A stretch of 45,388 nucleotides of DNA from an uncultured bacterium (GTDB lineage Bacteria > Zhuqueibacterota > QNDG01 > DTFT01), in NCBI GenBank assembly GCA_964577095.1, contig CAZNXX010000003.1:1-45388 (forward strand), read 5' to 3'. Shown here in pieces: positions 26,437 through 35,272 of this stretch (positions are counted from its first letter, which is position 1; each line of letters opens with the position of its first letter). Under the pieces are notes generated by a model. It was not told the DNA's origin. It was given only the letters and a program-made list of their open reading frames with translations, and searched no databases. Position numbers and translations under genes: made by a program.

Positions 26437-27432
26437 CTAGAGAACGACCACGGAGGAGGCCCAGGTGAAGCCGCCGCCGAACGCGACGAGCAGGCACTTG
26501 TGCCCGGGCTGGATCCGGCCGTCCCGCCTCGCCTCGTCCATGGCGAGCGGGATGGAGGCCGAAGACGTGTTTCCGTATTCCTGCAGATTGACGACGATGC
26601 GCTCGCGCGGGATATGCACGCGCTCGGCGATCGCCTCGATGATGCGGATATTGGCCTGGTGGGGAATCAGCCAGTCGATGTCGGTGAATTCCAGGCCGGC
26701 GAGCTTGACCGCCTTTTTCGCCGCGTCGGTCATGGTTCGCACCGCGTGCTTGAAAACCTCGCGGCCCTCCATCTGGATGTAGTGGAGGCGCTGGTCCACG
26801 GTCTCGCGGGAGGCCGGCCGGGCGGTGCCGCCCGCCGGAATCCAGAGCAGCCTGGCGAGACGGCCGTCGCTCTTCGCGTAGGTCGAAAGAATGCCGCGTT
26901 TCCCGTCCGAGGGGACGAGAACCGCCGCTCCCGCGCCGTCTCCGAAGAGCACGCAGGTGGAGCGGTTCTGCCAGTCCGTGACCCGAGACAGCGCCTCGGA
27001 CCCGATGACGAGCACGTTTTTGTATGCGGCCGAACGGATCATGCTGTCCCCGATCTGTAGCGCGTACAGAAACCCGGAACAGGCGGCAGACAGGTCGAAC
27101 GCGGCGGCGTGCGTCGCGCCGAGCTTGGCCTGAACGAGACAGGCCGTGGCCGGAAAGGGGTGCTCCTGCGTGATGGTCGCGAGCACGATGCATTCGACAT
27201 CCTCCGGCCTGAGGCCGGCTTCGTCGAGCGCGCGCTTCGCCGCGGCCGCCGCAAGATCGGAATTGTTTTCATCCGCGCCGAGAATGTGGCGTCTTTCGAT
27301 CCCGGAACGTTCCCGGATCCACTGGTCGGAAGTCTCGACCATTTTCTCGAGGTCGAAGTTCGTCAGGACCCTGTCCGGAACCGCGGTTCCGAGCCCTGCG
27401 ATCATCGACCCCGGCTGAACGGAAGAATGCAT
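26437..27432 (-). CDS. fabH: 3-oxoacyl-ACP synthase III
   Basis: 331 aa. ..SDQWIRERSGIERR.., ..AACSGFLYAL.., ..HQANIRII.. and ..GNTSSASIP... Confidence 0.95.
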   Translation of the reverse strand: MHSSVQPGSMIAGLGTAVPDRVLTNFDLEKMVETSDQWIRERSGIERRHILGADENNSDLAAAAAKRALDEAGLRPEDVECIVLATITQEHPFPATACLVQAKLGATHAAAFDLSAACSGFLYALQIGDSMIRSAAYKNVLVIGSEALSRVTDWQNRSTCVLFGDGAGAAVLVPSDGKRGILSTYAKSDGRLARLLWIPAGGTARPASRETVDQRLHYIQMEGREVFKHAVRTMTDAAKKAVKLAGLEFTDIDWLIPHQANIRIIEAIAERVHIPRERIVVNLQEYGNTSSASIPLAMDEARRDGRIQPGHKCLLVAFGGGFTWASSVVVL

Positions 27433-27433
27433 T

Positions 27434-28444
27434 CTATCCTTTCAACTGCTTGATTTGCGCCTCGATGCGCCGGGGTATGTCCTTCTGCGCGAGCTTATGG
27501 GCCTCCTCGATGGCGTTGCGAATGGCATAGGGGGTGGAGCTTCCGTGGGAGATGATGACCGTTCCCTTCACGCCCAGCAGCGGCGCCCCCCCGTATTCCT
27601 GGGAGTCGAACACCTTGATGAATTTGCGGAACTTGTGCCGCATGAGAAAGGCCCCGGCCCGTCCCGCGATATTGCCCCCGATTTTCTGCTTCAGCGTCGA
27701 GGACAGCACTCGGGCGAGGCCCCCGGCGAATTTGACGAGCACGTTCCCCGTGAATCCGTCGCACACCACCACGTCGGCCTTGTCCCGGAGCACGTCGCGG
27801 CCCTCGACATTGCCGATGAAACGGATGGGAGCCGCGGCCAGAAGGCCGTGCGCCTCGACCACCGTGTCGTTCCCCTTGGCCGGCTCCTCGCCCACGCTCA
27901 GCAGGCCGACTTTCGGCTCTTCGATGTCGAAGAGCAGGTTCATCAGTATCGAGCCCATGATGCCGAACTGGAGCAGGTGCACGGGCTTGCAGTCGACATT
28001 GGCTCCGCTGTCGATGAGCAGAGTGACGTCGCCCCGGCCGCGCGGCAGAAAAGCGCCGATCGCCGGCCGCATGATCCCCTCGACGGTTCTGAGCGTGAAC
28101 AGGCTGGCCGCCAGCATGGCGCCCGTGTTCCCCGCGCTGACGACGCCGCTGACCAGGCCCTCCTTGTGCAGTTTCATCATCACGGCGATGGAGGAATCGG
28201 GCTTCTGACGCAGGGCCTGGGCCGGAGCCTCGTCCATGTCCACGGACTGGCTCGCGTGCACCACTGAAATCGGGAGGTCGCGGATGAACCGGTGTTTGTC
28301 CAGCTCCGCCCGTACGGTCTTCTCATCCCCGACCAGAACGACCTCGTATCTGCCTTTGGATGAACGGGCAGCCAGGACCCCGCCGGACACGATGTCGTGC
28401 GGCGCGCGGTCCCCTCCCATGGCATCCAAAGCGATTTTCATCAT
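27434..28444 (-). CDS. plsX: Phosphate acyltransferase PlsX
   Basis: 336 aa. MMKIALDAMGGDRAP.. and ..SAGNTGA... It sits between rpmF and fabH. Confidence 0.95.
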   Translation of the reverse strand: MMKIALDAMGGDRAPHDIVSGGVLAARSSKGRYEVVLVGDEKTVRAELDKHRFIRDLPISVVHASQSVDMDEAPAQALRQKPDSSIAVMMKLHKEGLVSGVVSAGNTGAMLAASLFTLRTVEGIMRPAIGAFLPRGRGDVTLLIDSGANVDCKPVHLLQFGIMGSILMNLLFDIEEPKVGLLSVGEEPAKGNDTVVEAHGLLAAAPIRFIGNVEGRDVLRDKADVVVCDGFTGNVLVKFAGGLARVLSSTLKQKIGGNIAGRAGAFLMRHKFRKFIKVFDSQEYGGAPLLGVKGTVIISHGSSTPYAIRNAIEEAHKLAQKDIPRRIEAQIKQLKG

Positions 28445-28475
28445 GTGTGTCGGGGCTCCTCAGGCTCGGGCGGGA

Positions 28476-28658
28476 TCAGACTTCCCTTGGGACGGCGACC
28501 AATTTGCCGTTGTAATACCCGCAGTTCGGGCAGGCGCGATGGGTCAGCTTGGGGTGATGACAGTGCGAGCACGTGCCGACGCCGGGCGCGGCTATTTTCT
28601 GGTGCGTGCGCCGCTTGTCCCTGCGTTGCTTCGAATGCTTGTGCTTTGGTAGGGGCAC
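28476..28658 (-). CDS. rpmF: 50S ribosomal protein L32
   Basis: 60 aa. MPLPKHKHSKQRRDKRRTH.. with a CxxC..CxxC zinc ribbon. GTG start. Confidence 0.95.
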   Translation of the reverse strand: MPLPKHKHSKQRRDKRRTHQKIAAPGVGTCSHCHHPKLTHRACPNCGYYNGKLVAVPREV

Positions 28659-28683
28659 AAAAAACTCCTTTCATGAACCGTTT

Positions 28684-29214
28684 TTACTTGTCAAAATTCA
28701 GATTTTTCAGTACATCCCAGCGGCCGTCCCCGCTCTCCCGGCTGCATGCGCACGGCCCCTCGTTCAGATTTTTCCCGCACGAAGGGCAGAGGCCCAGGCA
28801 TGATTCGCGGCACAGAATTTTTACCGGAACCGCCAATTGCAGGGCGTCCACCGCGTCCTGGAAAACGTCGATCGTCTGGTTTTCCTGGGTGACGAAGCGA
28901 ACCTCGTCCGAAATCTCGGACCCCTCGGCCGGCGAGCCGCTGATGAACAGGGTTTTTACCTGTCCCTGAAGCTCCTGATGCACGGGTTCGCCGCATCGGT
29001 CACAGATGAAATCGCCTGTGCCCGTTGCCGACACATCAACGAGATAATCATCGCCCATCGGAGTCACATGGACATGGATGCCGACTTCGCGGGACTTCTC
29101 TCCGCTGATCCCGGCCTGAAACTCGGGACGGCCGGATTTGAACTCGAAATCCTGGATTCCCCTGCGGATATCGGAAAGGGAAATCCGTAATTCTCCAATT
29201 TCAAGTGAACGCAA
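28684..29214 (-). CDS. yceD: YceD/DUF177 family protein (23S rRNA accumulation protein)
   Basis: 176 aa. Conserved position upstream of rpmF. C-terminal Cys cluster ..CRESCLGLCPSCGKNLNEGPCAC... TTG start. Confidence 0.8.
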   Translation of the reverse strand: MRSLEIGELRISLSDIRRGIQDFEFKSGRPEFQAGISGEKSREVGIHVHVTPMGDDYLVDVSATGTGDFICDRCGEPVHQELQGQVKTLFISGSPAEGSEISDEVRFVTQENQTIDVFQDAVDALQLAVPVKILCRESCLGLCPSCGKNLNEGPCACSRESGDGRWDVLKNLNFDK

Positions 29215-29279
29215 AGTTAGTCATTTCTCCGTTTTATGTCAAGTCTAAAATCGACCGGGACCGACTTCAATGTCATTTT

Positions 29280-30719
29280 TTATGACTTATCTTCCATTAA
29301 ATACTTGTGGATAGACACTGCCGCCTTCTTGCCTGCACCCATGGCCAGAATCACAGTGGCAGCTCCCGTGACAATGTCTCCGCCGGCGAAAACGCCCTTT
29401 TTGGAAGTTGCGCCTGTCGCCTCATCCGCAACGATATAGCCCCACTTGTTCAATTCCAGGCCCGGCGTGGTCAGAGTCAAGAGAGGATTCGGGCCCTGGC
29501 CTATGGCCATGATCACGGTATCCGCCTCCAGAATGTGGTTGGAACCGGCGACCGGCACGGGTTTCCGCCTGCCGGACGCGTCCGGCTCGCCCAGTTCCAT
29601 CCGGATGCATTCCAGGCCCTTTACCCAGCCGTTCTCATCGCCCATAATCTCGACTGGCACGGTCAGAAAAACAGGCCTGACGCCCTCCTCGAAAGCGTTC
29701 TCAATCTCCTCCTCCCGGGCGGGGAGCTGTTCCCTGCTCCGCCGGTACACCAGGTGTACGGTTTCCGCTCCGAGTCTGAGACAGGATCGGGCCGCGTCCA
29801 TGGCCACATTCCCCCCGCCGATCACGGCTATGGTTTTTCCCACATGAACCGGCGTGTCATACTCAGGGAAACGGTACGCTTTCATGAGGTTGACCCGGGT
29901 TAAGAACTCGTTCGAGGAATAAACCCCGTTCAAATTTTCACCCGGAATATTCATGAAATAGGGCAGCCCGGCTCCGGTTCCCACAAAAACCGCGTCATAT
30001 CCCGTACTGAGCAGTTCGTCCACGGTTCCGGACCGGCCGATGACGAAATTGCAGCGGATCTCCACTCCCAGGCTCCGGATGAAATCGCATTCCTGCTCGA
30101 CAATGGATTTGGGCAGGCGGAACTCCGGGATGCCATAGACGAGCACGCCGCCGGGTTTGTGCAAAGCTTCAAAAATAGTCACGCGGTGGCCGAGCTTGGC
30201 CAGTTCGCCGGCCGCGGCCAGGCCCGCGGGCCCGGCGCCGATGACGGCAACGCTTTTGCCAGTCGGCGGAGCCACGGACGGCCTGGAAACGGCCGGCCGC
30301 GATTCTGACGGATCGATCCTGTTATCCTTCAAAGCCGCGGTTTCCCGGTCCGCGGCATAGCGCTCGAGCCTGCCGATGGCCACAGACTGCCCCTTTTTCC
30401 CCAGGATGCAGAGCTTTTCGCACTGCTCCTCCTGGGGGCACACCCGGCCGCACACGGCGGGCAGGCTGTTTTTCAGCTTGAGCGTGGCCGCCGCGGCCGC
30501 GTCCCCGCCTTCCCGGATATGGAGGATGAAACGCGGGATGTCGATGTCCACTGGACAACCCTGAACGCAGAGCGGCTTTTTGCACTGAATGCACCGGCCC
30601 GCTTCGCGCCGGGCCTCCTCCTGCGAGTAGCCCAGCGCCACCTCTTCGAAGTTGCGGATGCGCTCCTCTGCCGGCTGTCTGGGCATTTCGACCCGGTCGC
30701 CTTTTCCTGGGCCGCTCAT
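29280..30719 (-). CDS. nfnB: NADPH-dependent glutamate synthase beta chain-like oxidoreductase (NfnB/SudA type)
   Basis: 479 aa from the ATG at 30719 (ATGA overlap with the upstream stop). N-terminal Fe-S Cys motifs CIQCKKPLCVQGCP and ..CGRVCPQEEQCEKLC... Two Rossmann GxGxxG motifs (VIGAGPAGLAAA, VIGGGNVAMDAA). Confidence 0.85.
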   Translation of the reverse strand: MSGPGKGDRVEMPRQPAEERIRNFEEVALGYSQEEARREAGRCIQCKKPLCVQGCPVDIDIPRFILHIREGGDAAAAATLKLKNSLPAVCGRVCPQEEQCEKLCILGKKGQSVAIGRLERYAADRETAALKDNRIDPSESRPAVSRPSVAPPTGKSVAVIGAGPAGLAAAGELAKLGHRVTIFEALHKPGGVLVYGIPEFRLPKSIVEQECDFIRSLGVEIRCNFVIGRSGTVDELLSTGYDAVFVGTGAGLPYFMNIPGENLNGVYSSNEFLTRVNLMKAYRFPEYDTPVHVGKTIAVIGGGNVAMDAARSCLRLGAETVHLVYRRSREQLPAREEEIENAFEEGVRPVFLTVPVEIMGDENGWVKGLECIRMELGEPDASGRRKPVPVAGSNHILEADTVIMAIGQGPNPLLTLTTPGLELNKWGYIVADEATGATSKKGVFAGGDIVTGAATVILAMGAGKKAAVSIHKYLMEDKS

Positions 30720-31564
30720 TGTTTCAGCCCCAGCCTGCAGGCATGGTCGCGGTTCGCCCGGGATTCCCGGTCCGCGTACATCCGCGAGCGCTTCAGGAGT
30801 TCGCCGAACTCCACCTGATGGCCGTCGAATTCCGGGCCGTCGACACAGACGAATTTCACCTTGCCGCCGACCGTAATGCGGCATCCGCCGCACATGCCGG
30901 TTCCGTCCACCATCAGCGTGTTCAGGCTGACCACGGTGGGGATTCCGGCGGGCCGCGTGACGTCGCTCACGGCTTTCATCATGGCGCCCGGACCGATGGC
31001 CCAGACGCGGTCTATTTTCCCGCCGGTGGTGATGAGTTCCGTGAGTCTGCCCGACACGAATCCCCTGGTTCCGGATGAGCCGTCGTCCGTGCAGACGTGC
31101 AATTCGTCGCTGACCCGCCGGGTCTCTTCCTCGAGTATGAGCAGGTCCTTCGAGCGCGCCCCGAGAATGGAGTGCACTCGGTTCCCGGCCGCTTTCAGCG
31201 CCTTGGTGATGGGGTACATGGGCGCGGCTCCAACGCCGCCGCCGATGCAGACCACGGTTCCGTAATTTTCAATCTCGGACGGCTGCCCCAGGGGACCCAG
31301 AACGTCCGTGACGCGCTCCCCCTGCTCCAGGCCGCAGAGCTTCTTCGTGGACAGGCCGGCTTCCTGAATGATGAGGATGATGGTTCCCGCGGCCGCGTCG
31401 AAATCCGCGATGGTCAGGGGAATGCGTTCCGCGACTTCGTCCCTGCGGACGACGACAAACTGGCCGGGTCTCGCGTGCGACGCGATGTCCGGGCAGTGCA
31501 GGTCGAACCGGACGATGCCGGGAGCGAGAACGGTTTTCCGGAGAATTTCATTCAGTAGGGGCAT
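30716..31564 (-). CDS. nfnA: Ferredoxin-NADP+ reductase-like subunit (NfnA/SudB, PyrK-like)
   Basis: 282 aa from the ATG at 31564 (MPLLNEILRKTV..). FAD/NAD binding fold and the C-terminal [2Fe-2S] motif ..DGTGMCGGCRITVGGKVKFVCVDGPEF... The longest-ORF start at 31621 lies inside the heptamer array and is rejected. Confidence 0.85.
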   Translation of the reverse strand: MPLLNEILRKTVLAPGIVRFDLHCPDIASHARPGQFVVVRRDEVAERIPLTIADFDAAAGTIILIIQEAGLSTKKLCGLEQGERVTDVLGPLGQPSEIENYGTVVCIGGGVGAAPMYPITKALKAAGNRVHSILGARSKDLLILEEETRRVSDELHVCTDDGSSGTRGFVSGRLTELITTGGKIDRVWAIGPGAMMKAVSDVTRPAGIPTVVSLNTLMVDGTGMCGGCRITVGGKVKFVCVDGPEFDGHQVEFGELLKRSRMYADRESRANRDHACRLGLKQ

Positions 31565-31603
31565 TTTATTTTTTCCGGTAGCCGCAGCCTTCAGGCTGCG
31601 CTC

Positions 31604-31698
31604 GTTCAGTTTATAGTTCAAGGTTCAAAGTTCAAAGAAAAAAAGTTCATGGTTCAAGGTAAAAGAAGTTCCGGGTTCCGGGCTCCGAGTTCCGGGTT
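31604..31698. repeat. Compound tandem heptamer array (GTTCAAR, GTTCATG, GTTCCGG variants)
   Basis: GTTCAGT..GTTCAAG GTTCAAA GTTCAAA G(A)7 GTTCATG GTTCAAG..GTTCCGG GTTCCGG GCTCCGA GTTCCGG GTTAATA. Confidence 0.9.
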
Positions 31699-31735
31699 AA
31701 TAAGAAATCGACATCGTCAATCGACTGTCGTACAT

Positions 31736-32014
31736 CATGAGTGTCCGGTTAAAATGGAGACAGTCTATTTTATACTTCAGTGTCCATTCGATTTAACATC
31801 TGAATAATCAGAAACGACTAAGAATCATGATCCATTATAAGATTGTCCGGGTAGACAATGGGTGTCTTCGCGAGGGACTCCGCGATGCGGAGTCCCGAAG
31901 CGATCTCGGCTGTTTTTTTTTGAGATTGCCACGCCCCGCTGCGCGGGGCTCGCAATGACACACTCCTTTTCATGACTGGTACAAAATTACTATTCATTTA
32001 ACCGGGCACTCATG
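31736..32014. mobile_element. Foldback / MITE-like element with 18-bp terminal inverted repeats
   Basis: CATGAGTGTCCGGTTAAA (31736-31753) matches the reverse complement of TTTAACCGGGCACTCATG (31997-32014) at 17/18. The AT-rich interior has two GC hairpins (31874-31896 GGGACTCCGC-GAT-GCGGAGTCCC; 31932-31948 GCCCCGC-TGC-GCGGGGC) and a T9 run (31913-31921). No ORF. Confidence 0.5.
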
Positions 32015-32084
32015 GTAGTACATCGTCGGTGAATGACCGTATCGTGAGGACGGGGATTCCCATAGGCCGGGATGAAGCTCAACA

Positions 32085-32142
32085 CGGAAACCGGAACTCC
32101 CAACATTCTCAACCCGGAACCCGGAACTCGGAACCCTGAACT
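32085..32142. repeat. Tandem heptamer array, CGGAAC(C/T)-type; inverted partner of 31668-31695
   Basis: CGGAAAC CGGAACT ... CGGAACC CGGAACT CGGAACC CTGAACT. It overlaps the last codons and the stop (32109-32111) of the fumarate hydratase beta gene. Confidence 0.9.
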
Positions 32143-32693
32143 CTGTACTTCTCCACCCCTTCCCGGTACAGGTCCCCCCCGTGGCAGTCGTTGACGACGA
32201 CCAGCGGCATGTCCTCCACCTCGAGCCTGTACACGGCCTCCGGGCCGAGGTCCTCATACGCGATCAGCACGGACCGCTTCACGGTTCCGGCGTAGAGCGC
32301 GGCCGCGCCGCCTGTCGCGGCGAAATACACTGCGCCGCAGCGTGTCATCGCCTCTGTGATTTCCGGGGACCGGTTGCCTTTTCCGATCATGCCTTTCAGC
32401 CCGCGCTCGAGCAGGGGCAACGTGTACGGGTCCATGCGGTAGCTCGAAGTGGGGCCGATGGGCCCGATGACCCGGCCCGGGGCCGCGGGCACGGGGCCCG
32501 CGTAGAAGAGCACCTGCCCGGCCAGTCCGAACGGCAGGGGTTCGTCCTGCCGTATCCTTTCGGCCATGCGCTGATGCGCGGCGTCGCGCGCCGTGTACAC
32601 CGTGCCCGAGAGCAGGACGAGATCCCCGCTCCGCAGGCTCGCGGTTTCGGACTCTCCCAGCGGAGTGCGGATCCGTTTGGCCGGGCCGCTCAC
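32109..32693 (-). CDS. Class I (Fe-S) fumarate hydratase / tartrate dehydratase-type hydrolyase, beta subunit
   Basis: 194 aa from the GTG at 32693 (GTGA overlap with the alpha stop). ..SGTVYTARDAAHQRM.., ..GPIGPTSSYRMDPY.. and ..MIGKGNRS... The C-terminal tail ..SEFRVPG is encoded by the heptamer array. Confidence 0.85.
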   Translation of the reverse strand: MSGPAKRIRTPLGESETASLRSGDLVLLSGTVYTARDAAHQRMAERIRQDEPLPFGLAGQVLFYAGPVPAAPGRVIGPIGPTSSYRMDPYTLPLLERGLKGMIGKGNRSPEITEAMTRCGAVYFAATGGAAALYAGTVKRSVLIAYEDLGPEAVYRLEVEDMPLVVVNDCHGGDLYREGVEKYRVQGSEFRVPG

Positions 32694-33538
32694 AGCACGG
32701 CCTCCTTGTGCCGGGCCGCGTGGCACTGGATGTTCACGGCCACAGGCAGGCTGGCGATGTGACACGGATGCGCCTCGATATGCACGGCCAGGGCCGTGCA
32801 GCGTCCCCCGTATCCCATGGGACCGATTCCGAGGGCGTTGACGCGCGCCAGCAGTTCCGATTCCATCTCCGCGTAATAGGGATCCGGATTCGATTCTCCG
32901 AGCGTCCGGAGCAGGGACTTCTTGGCGAGAAACGCGCATTTCTCGAATGTCCCGCCCAGTCCCACGCCCACAATCACGGGCGGGCACGGGTTCGGGCCGG
33001 ACCGCCTCACCCGGTCCGTGACGAAATCCAGGACACCGTCCCTGCCCGCGGACGGAGGCAGCATTTTCACTTCACTCATATTCTCACTGCCGCCGCCTTT
33101 CGGCGCCACGATCAGGCGGACACGGTCGCCCGGGACAATCTCCGTGTGCACAATCGCGGGTGTGTTGTCCCCGGTATTGACCCTGCGCAGAGGGTCGCGG
33201 ACCACGGATTTGCGGAGCGGACCATTTTGGTAGCCCTGTCGCACGCCTTCCTGAACCGCTTCCATGAGTCCGCCGCCCGTGAAATGAACATCCTGGCCGA
33301 TCTCGAGGAACAGGACAGTGTAACCGGTGTCCTGACACATGGCCACTTTATTCTCACAGGCAACAGCCGCATTCCTGAGAACCTGCTCCAATACACTTTT
33401 ACCCAGGGGGGATGCCTCCTGTTCCAGGCATTCCCTGAGTTTCGCGAGTACATCCTCGCTGAGATAAAAATTGGCTTCCATGCACAGCCGTGCCACAGTG
33501 TCGGTCACGGTCTGGACGGATAGTTCTCGAATATTCAT
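32690..33538 (-). CDS. Class I (Fe-S) fumarate hydratase-type hydrolyase, alpha subunit
   Basis: 282 aa. ..MCQDTGYTVLFLEIG.., ..GGGSENMS.. and ..PNPCPPVIVGVGLGGT.. are typical of the Fe-S hydro-lyase alpha domain. Confidence 0.9.
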   Translation of the reverse strand: MNIRELSVQTVTDTVARLCMEANFYLSEDVLAKLRECLEQEASPLGKSVLEQVLRNAAVACENKVAMCQDTGYTVLFLEIGQDVHFTGGGLMEAVQEGVRQGYQNGPLRKSVVRDPLRRVNTGDNTPAIVHTEIVPGDRVRLIVAPKGGGSENMSEVKMLPPSAGRDGVLDFVTDRVRRSGPNPCPPVIVGVGLGGTFEKCAFLAKKSLLRTLGESNPDPYYAEMESELLARVNALGIGPMGYGGRCTALAVHIEAHPCHIASLPVAVNIQCHAARHKEAVL

Positions 33539-33803
33539 TCAATTCCCATAAAACAAAGATTGCATGTTATGAAAAATAATGATAAAAATCAAGCAGGAAC
33601 CACATTCAATCTATAAATTTCAAGAACTTAGGTGCATATAAAAATCGCCATTTTCTTCAAACGACCAAGGCGACCCCGGTGTCCGTCCTGTTGCAGGTCA
33701 GGAAAAAATCACCGCTGAGAATCACGAAAAAACACGGATAAGGATAATGGTTAATCGAATATCAGTCCTTTTCATTCCGTGTCATTCCGCGGTGTTCTTC
33801 TCT

Positions 33804-34238
33804 TTATATTTTGTTTTCACCGGATTCGGGATGGACGACGAACAGTTTTGCCTGTGCCCGGGCGACAATCACGCCGGCCCCGTCCTCCAGCGTGCCTTCG
33901 GTCCGGATGAGACGGCCCTTGTTCTCAGTGACCCTGCCCCTGGCCGTGTAGCGGACGCCCGTGGAAACGGGTTTGAGGTACCGGATGGTCATCTCGCCTG
34001 TCACGGCCGCCGTACCTGCGGCGAATCGGGCGGACCAGACCATGATTTCGTCCAGCACCGTGGCGGTCAGACCGCCGTGCGTCACGCCGTGGTATCCTTC
34101 GAGCGTGGCGTCCGGAATGAAAACCGCGACCGCTTCGCCGTTCTCATCCCGAGGCTCCAGATGGATCCCCCGCGGATTGTCGCTCCCGCAGGCGAAACAG
34201 CCTCGGTATTCGGGTTCGGGATTGTCGGTTCCGTTCAT
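33804..34238 (-). CDS. PaaI-family hotdog-fold thioesterase
   Basis: 144 aa. ..GYHGVTHGGLTATVLDEIM.. is typical of the 4HBT/PaaI class. Confidence 0.8.
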   Translation of the reverse strand: MNGTDNPEPEYRGCFACGSDNPRGIHLEPRDENGEAVAVFIPDATLEGYHGVTHGGLTATVLDEIMVWSARFAAGTAAVTGEMTIRYLKPVSTGVRYTARGRVTENKGRLIRTEGTLEDGAGVIVARAQAKLFVVHPESGENKI

Positions 34239-34333
34239 ATCCGCCTTTCGTCAGGGTTCACGATGGAACATGCGGCCAGGAAGGATCAACCGGACTTTCG
34301 ATGATCCGGAAGGACCGGACAGGACCGGTCCGG

Positions 34334-35218
34334 TCAGCTCCGCTTCATCCCGGTAAGCGAAACCCGCGCTATCTCGCCGATGGCCGCGGGCGAATCGATC
34401 ATGGTCGCGCCCGCGTCCGCCAGGGCCTTCATCTTGGATCGGGCGTCTCCCCTGTCCCGGTCTATGAACGCGCCGGCATGGCCCATGCGCCTGCCGGGGG
34501 GCGCTGAGGCGCCTGCCACGAAAGCAAGAACCGGCTTGGGGAAGCCGGAACGGATCAGGTCCGCCGCCTGTTCCTCCTGGGACCCGCCGATTTCCCCGAT
34601 CAGCAGGACCGCTTCGGTGTCCGGATCATTTGCGAAAAGAGCGAGCCCTTCCGCGAGCCGCGTCCCCGGCATCGGATCCCCGCCCAGCCCGATGCAGGCC
34701 GATTGTCCAACGCCCGCGGCCTTCATCTGGTCCACGGCCTCGTACAGCAAAGTACCGCTCCTGGACAGTACGCCGACCGGCCCAGGAGAACCGATGCCTG
34801 CCGGAATAATGCCCGCGGTGCAGACGGATGGAACGTGAATGCCAGGGCTGTTCGGTCCGATGAGGCGGACGTTCAGGCCGGCGAGCGCCTCCCGGACTTT
34901 CAGCATGTCGTGCAGGGGAACCCCTTCGGTGACGCAGATCACGAGACGGAGGCCCGCCTCGGCGGCCTCGACGATCGCGGCGCCGGCCGCTGCGGGCGGC
35001 ACGAATACCACGGAAACATCCGCGCCCGTCTCTGTCACCGCATCCCGGACCGATGTGAATACGGGAACACCTTCCGGACCGGCAGCGTCGGGCCGGGGGC
35101 TGGTGCCCGCGACCACGGCCGTGCCGCACGCGGCCATCCTGCGGCTGTGAAAGGAACCCTGTTTGCCGGTGATACCCTGAACCATCACCCTGGCGCCGGG
35201 CCCGATCAGGACGGACAT
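34334..35218 (-). CDS. sucD: Succinyl-CoA synthetase alpha subunit-like CoA-binding protein (no adjacent beta subunit)
   Basis: 294 aa. ..VMVQGITGKQG.., ..SRSGTLLYE.., ..GIGGDP.. and the phosphohistidine loop ..RMGHAGAFI... Confidence 0.8.
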   Translation of the reverse strand: MSVLIGPGARVMVQGITGKQGSFHSRRMAACGTAVVAGTSPRPDAAGPEGVPVFTSVRDAVTETGADVSVVFVPPAAAGAAIVEAAEAGLRLVICVTEGVPLHDMLKVREALAGLNVRLIGPNSPGIHVPSVCTAGIIPAGIGSPGPVGVLSRSGTLLYEAVDQMKAAGVGQSACIGLGGDPMPGTRLAEGLALFANDPDTEAVLLIGEIGGSQEEQAADLIRSGFPKPVLAFVAGASAPPGRRMGHAGAFIDRDRGDARSKMKALADAGATMIDSPAAIGEIARVSLTGMKRS

Positions 35219-35272
35219 GCGTCTCCGTATGACCTGCGGCGCAGGACGGATGCGGCATGTAACGCGCCGGTG

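Noticed and set aside
26420-27193. 5' extension of the fabD ORF (25496..27193) and similar extensions of acpP (to 24614), nfnB (to 30893), nfnA (to 31621), ADH (to 36565), the Fe-S subunit (to 39900), the pilin (to 14089) and the fumarase beta subunit (to 32987)
   Set aside because: The extensions overlap the preceding gene or repeat arrays and lack family similarity. Internal starts with RBSs or stop/start overlaps give canonical protein lengths.
29214-29242. TTGACA-N17-TAACTT promoter-like sequence upstream of yceD (minus strand)
   Set aside because: The putative -10 overlaps the predicted TTG start codon of yceD, so promoter and start cannot both be right. There is not enough evidence to choose.
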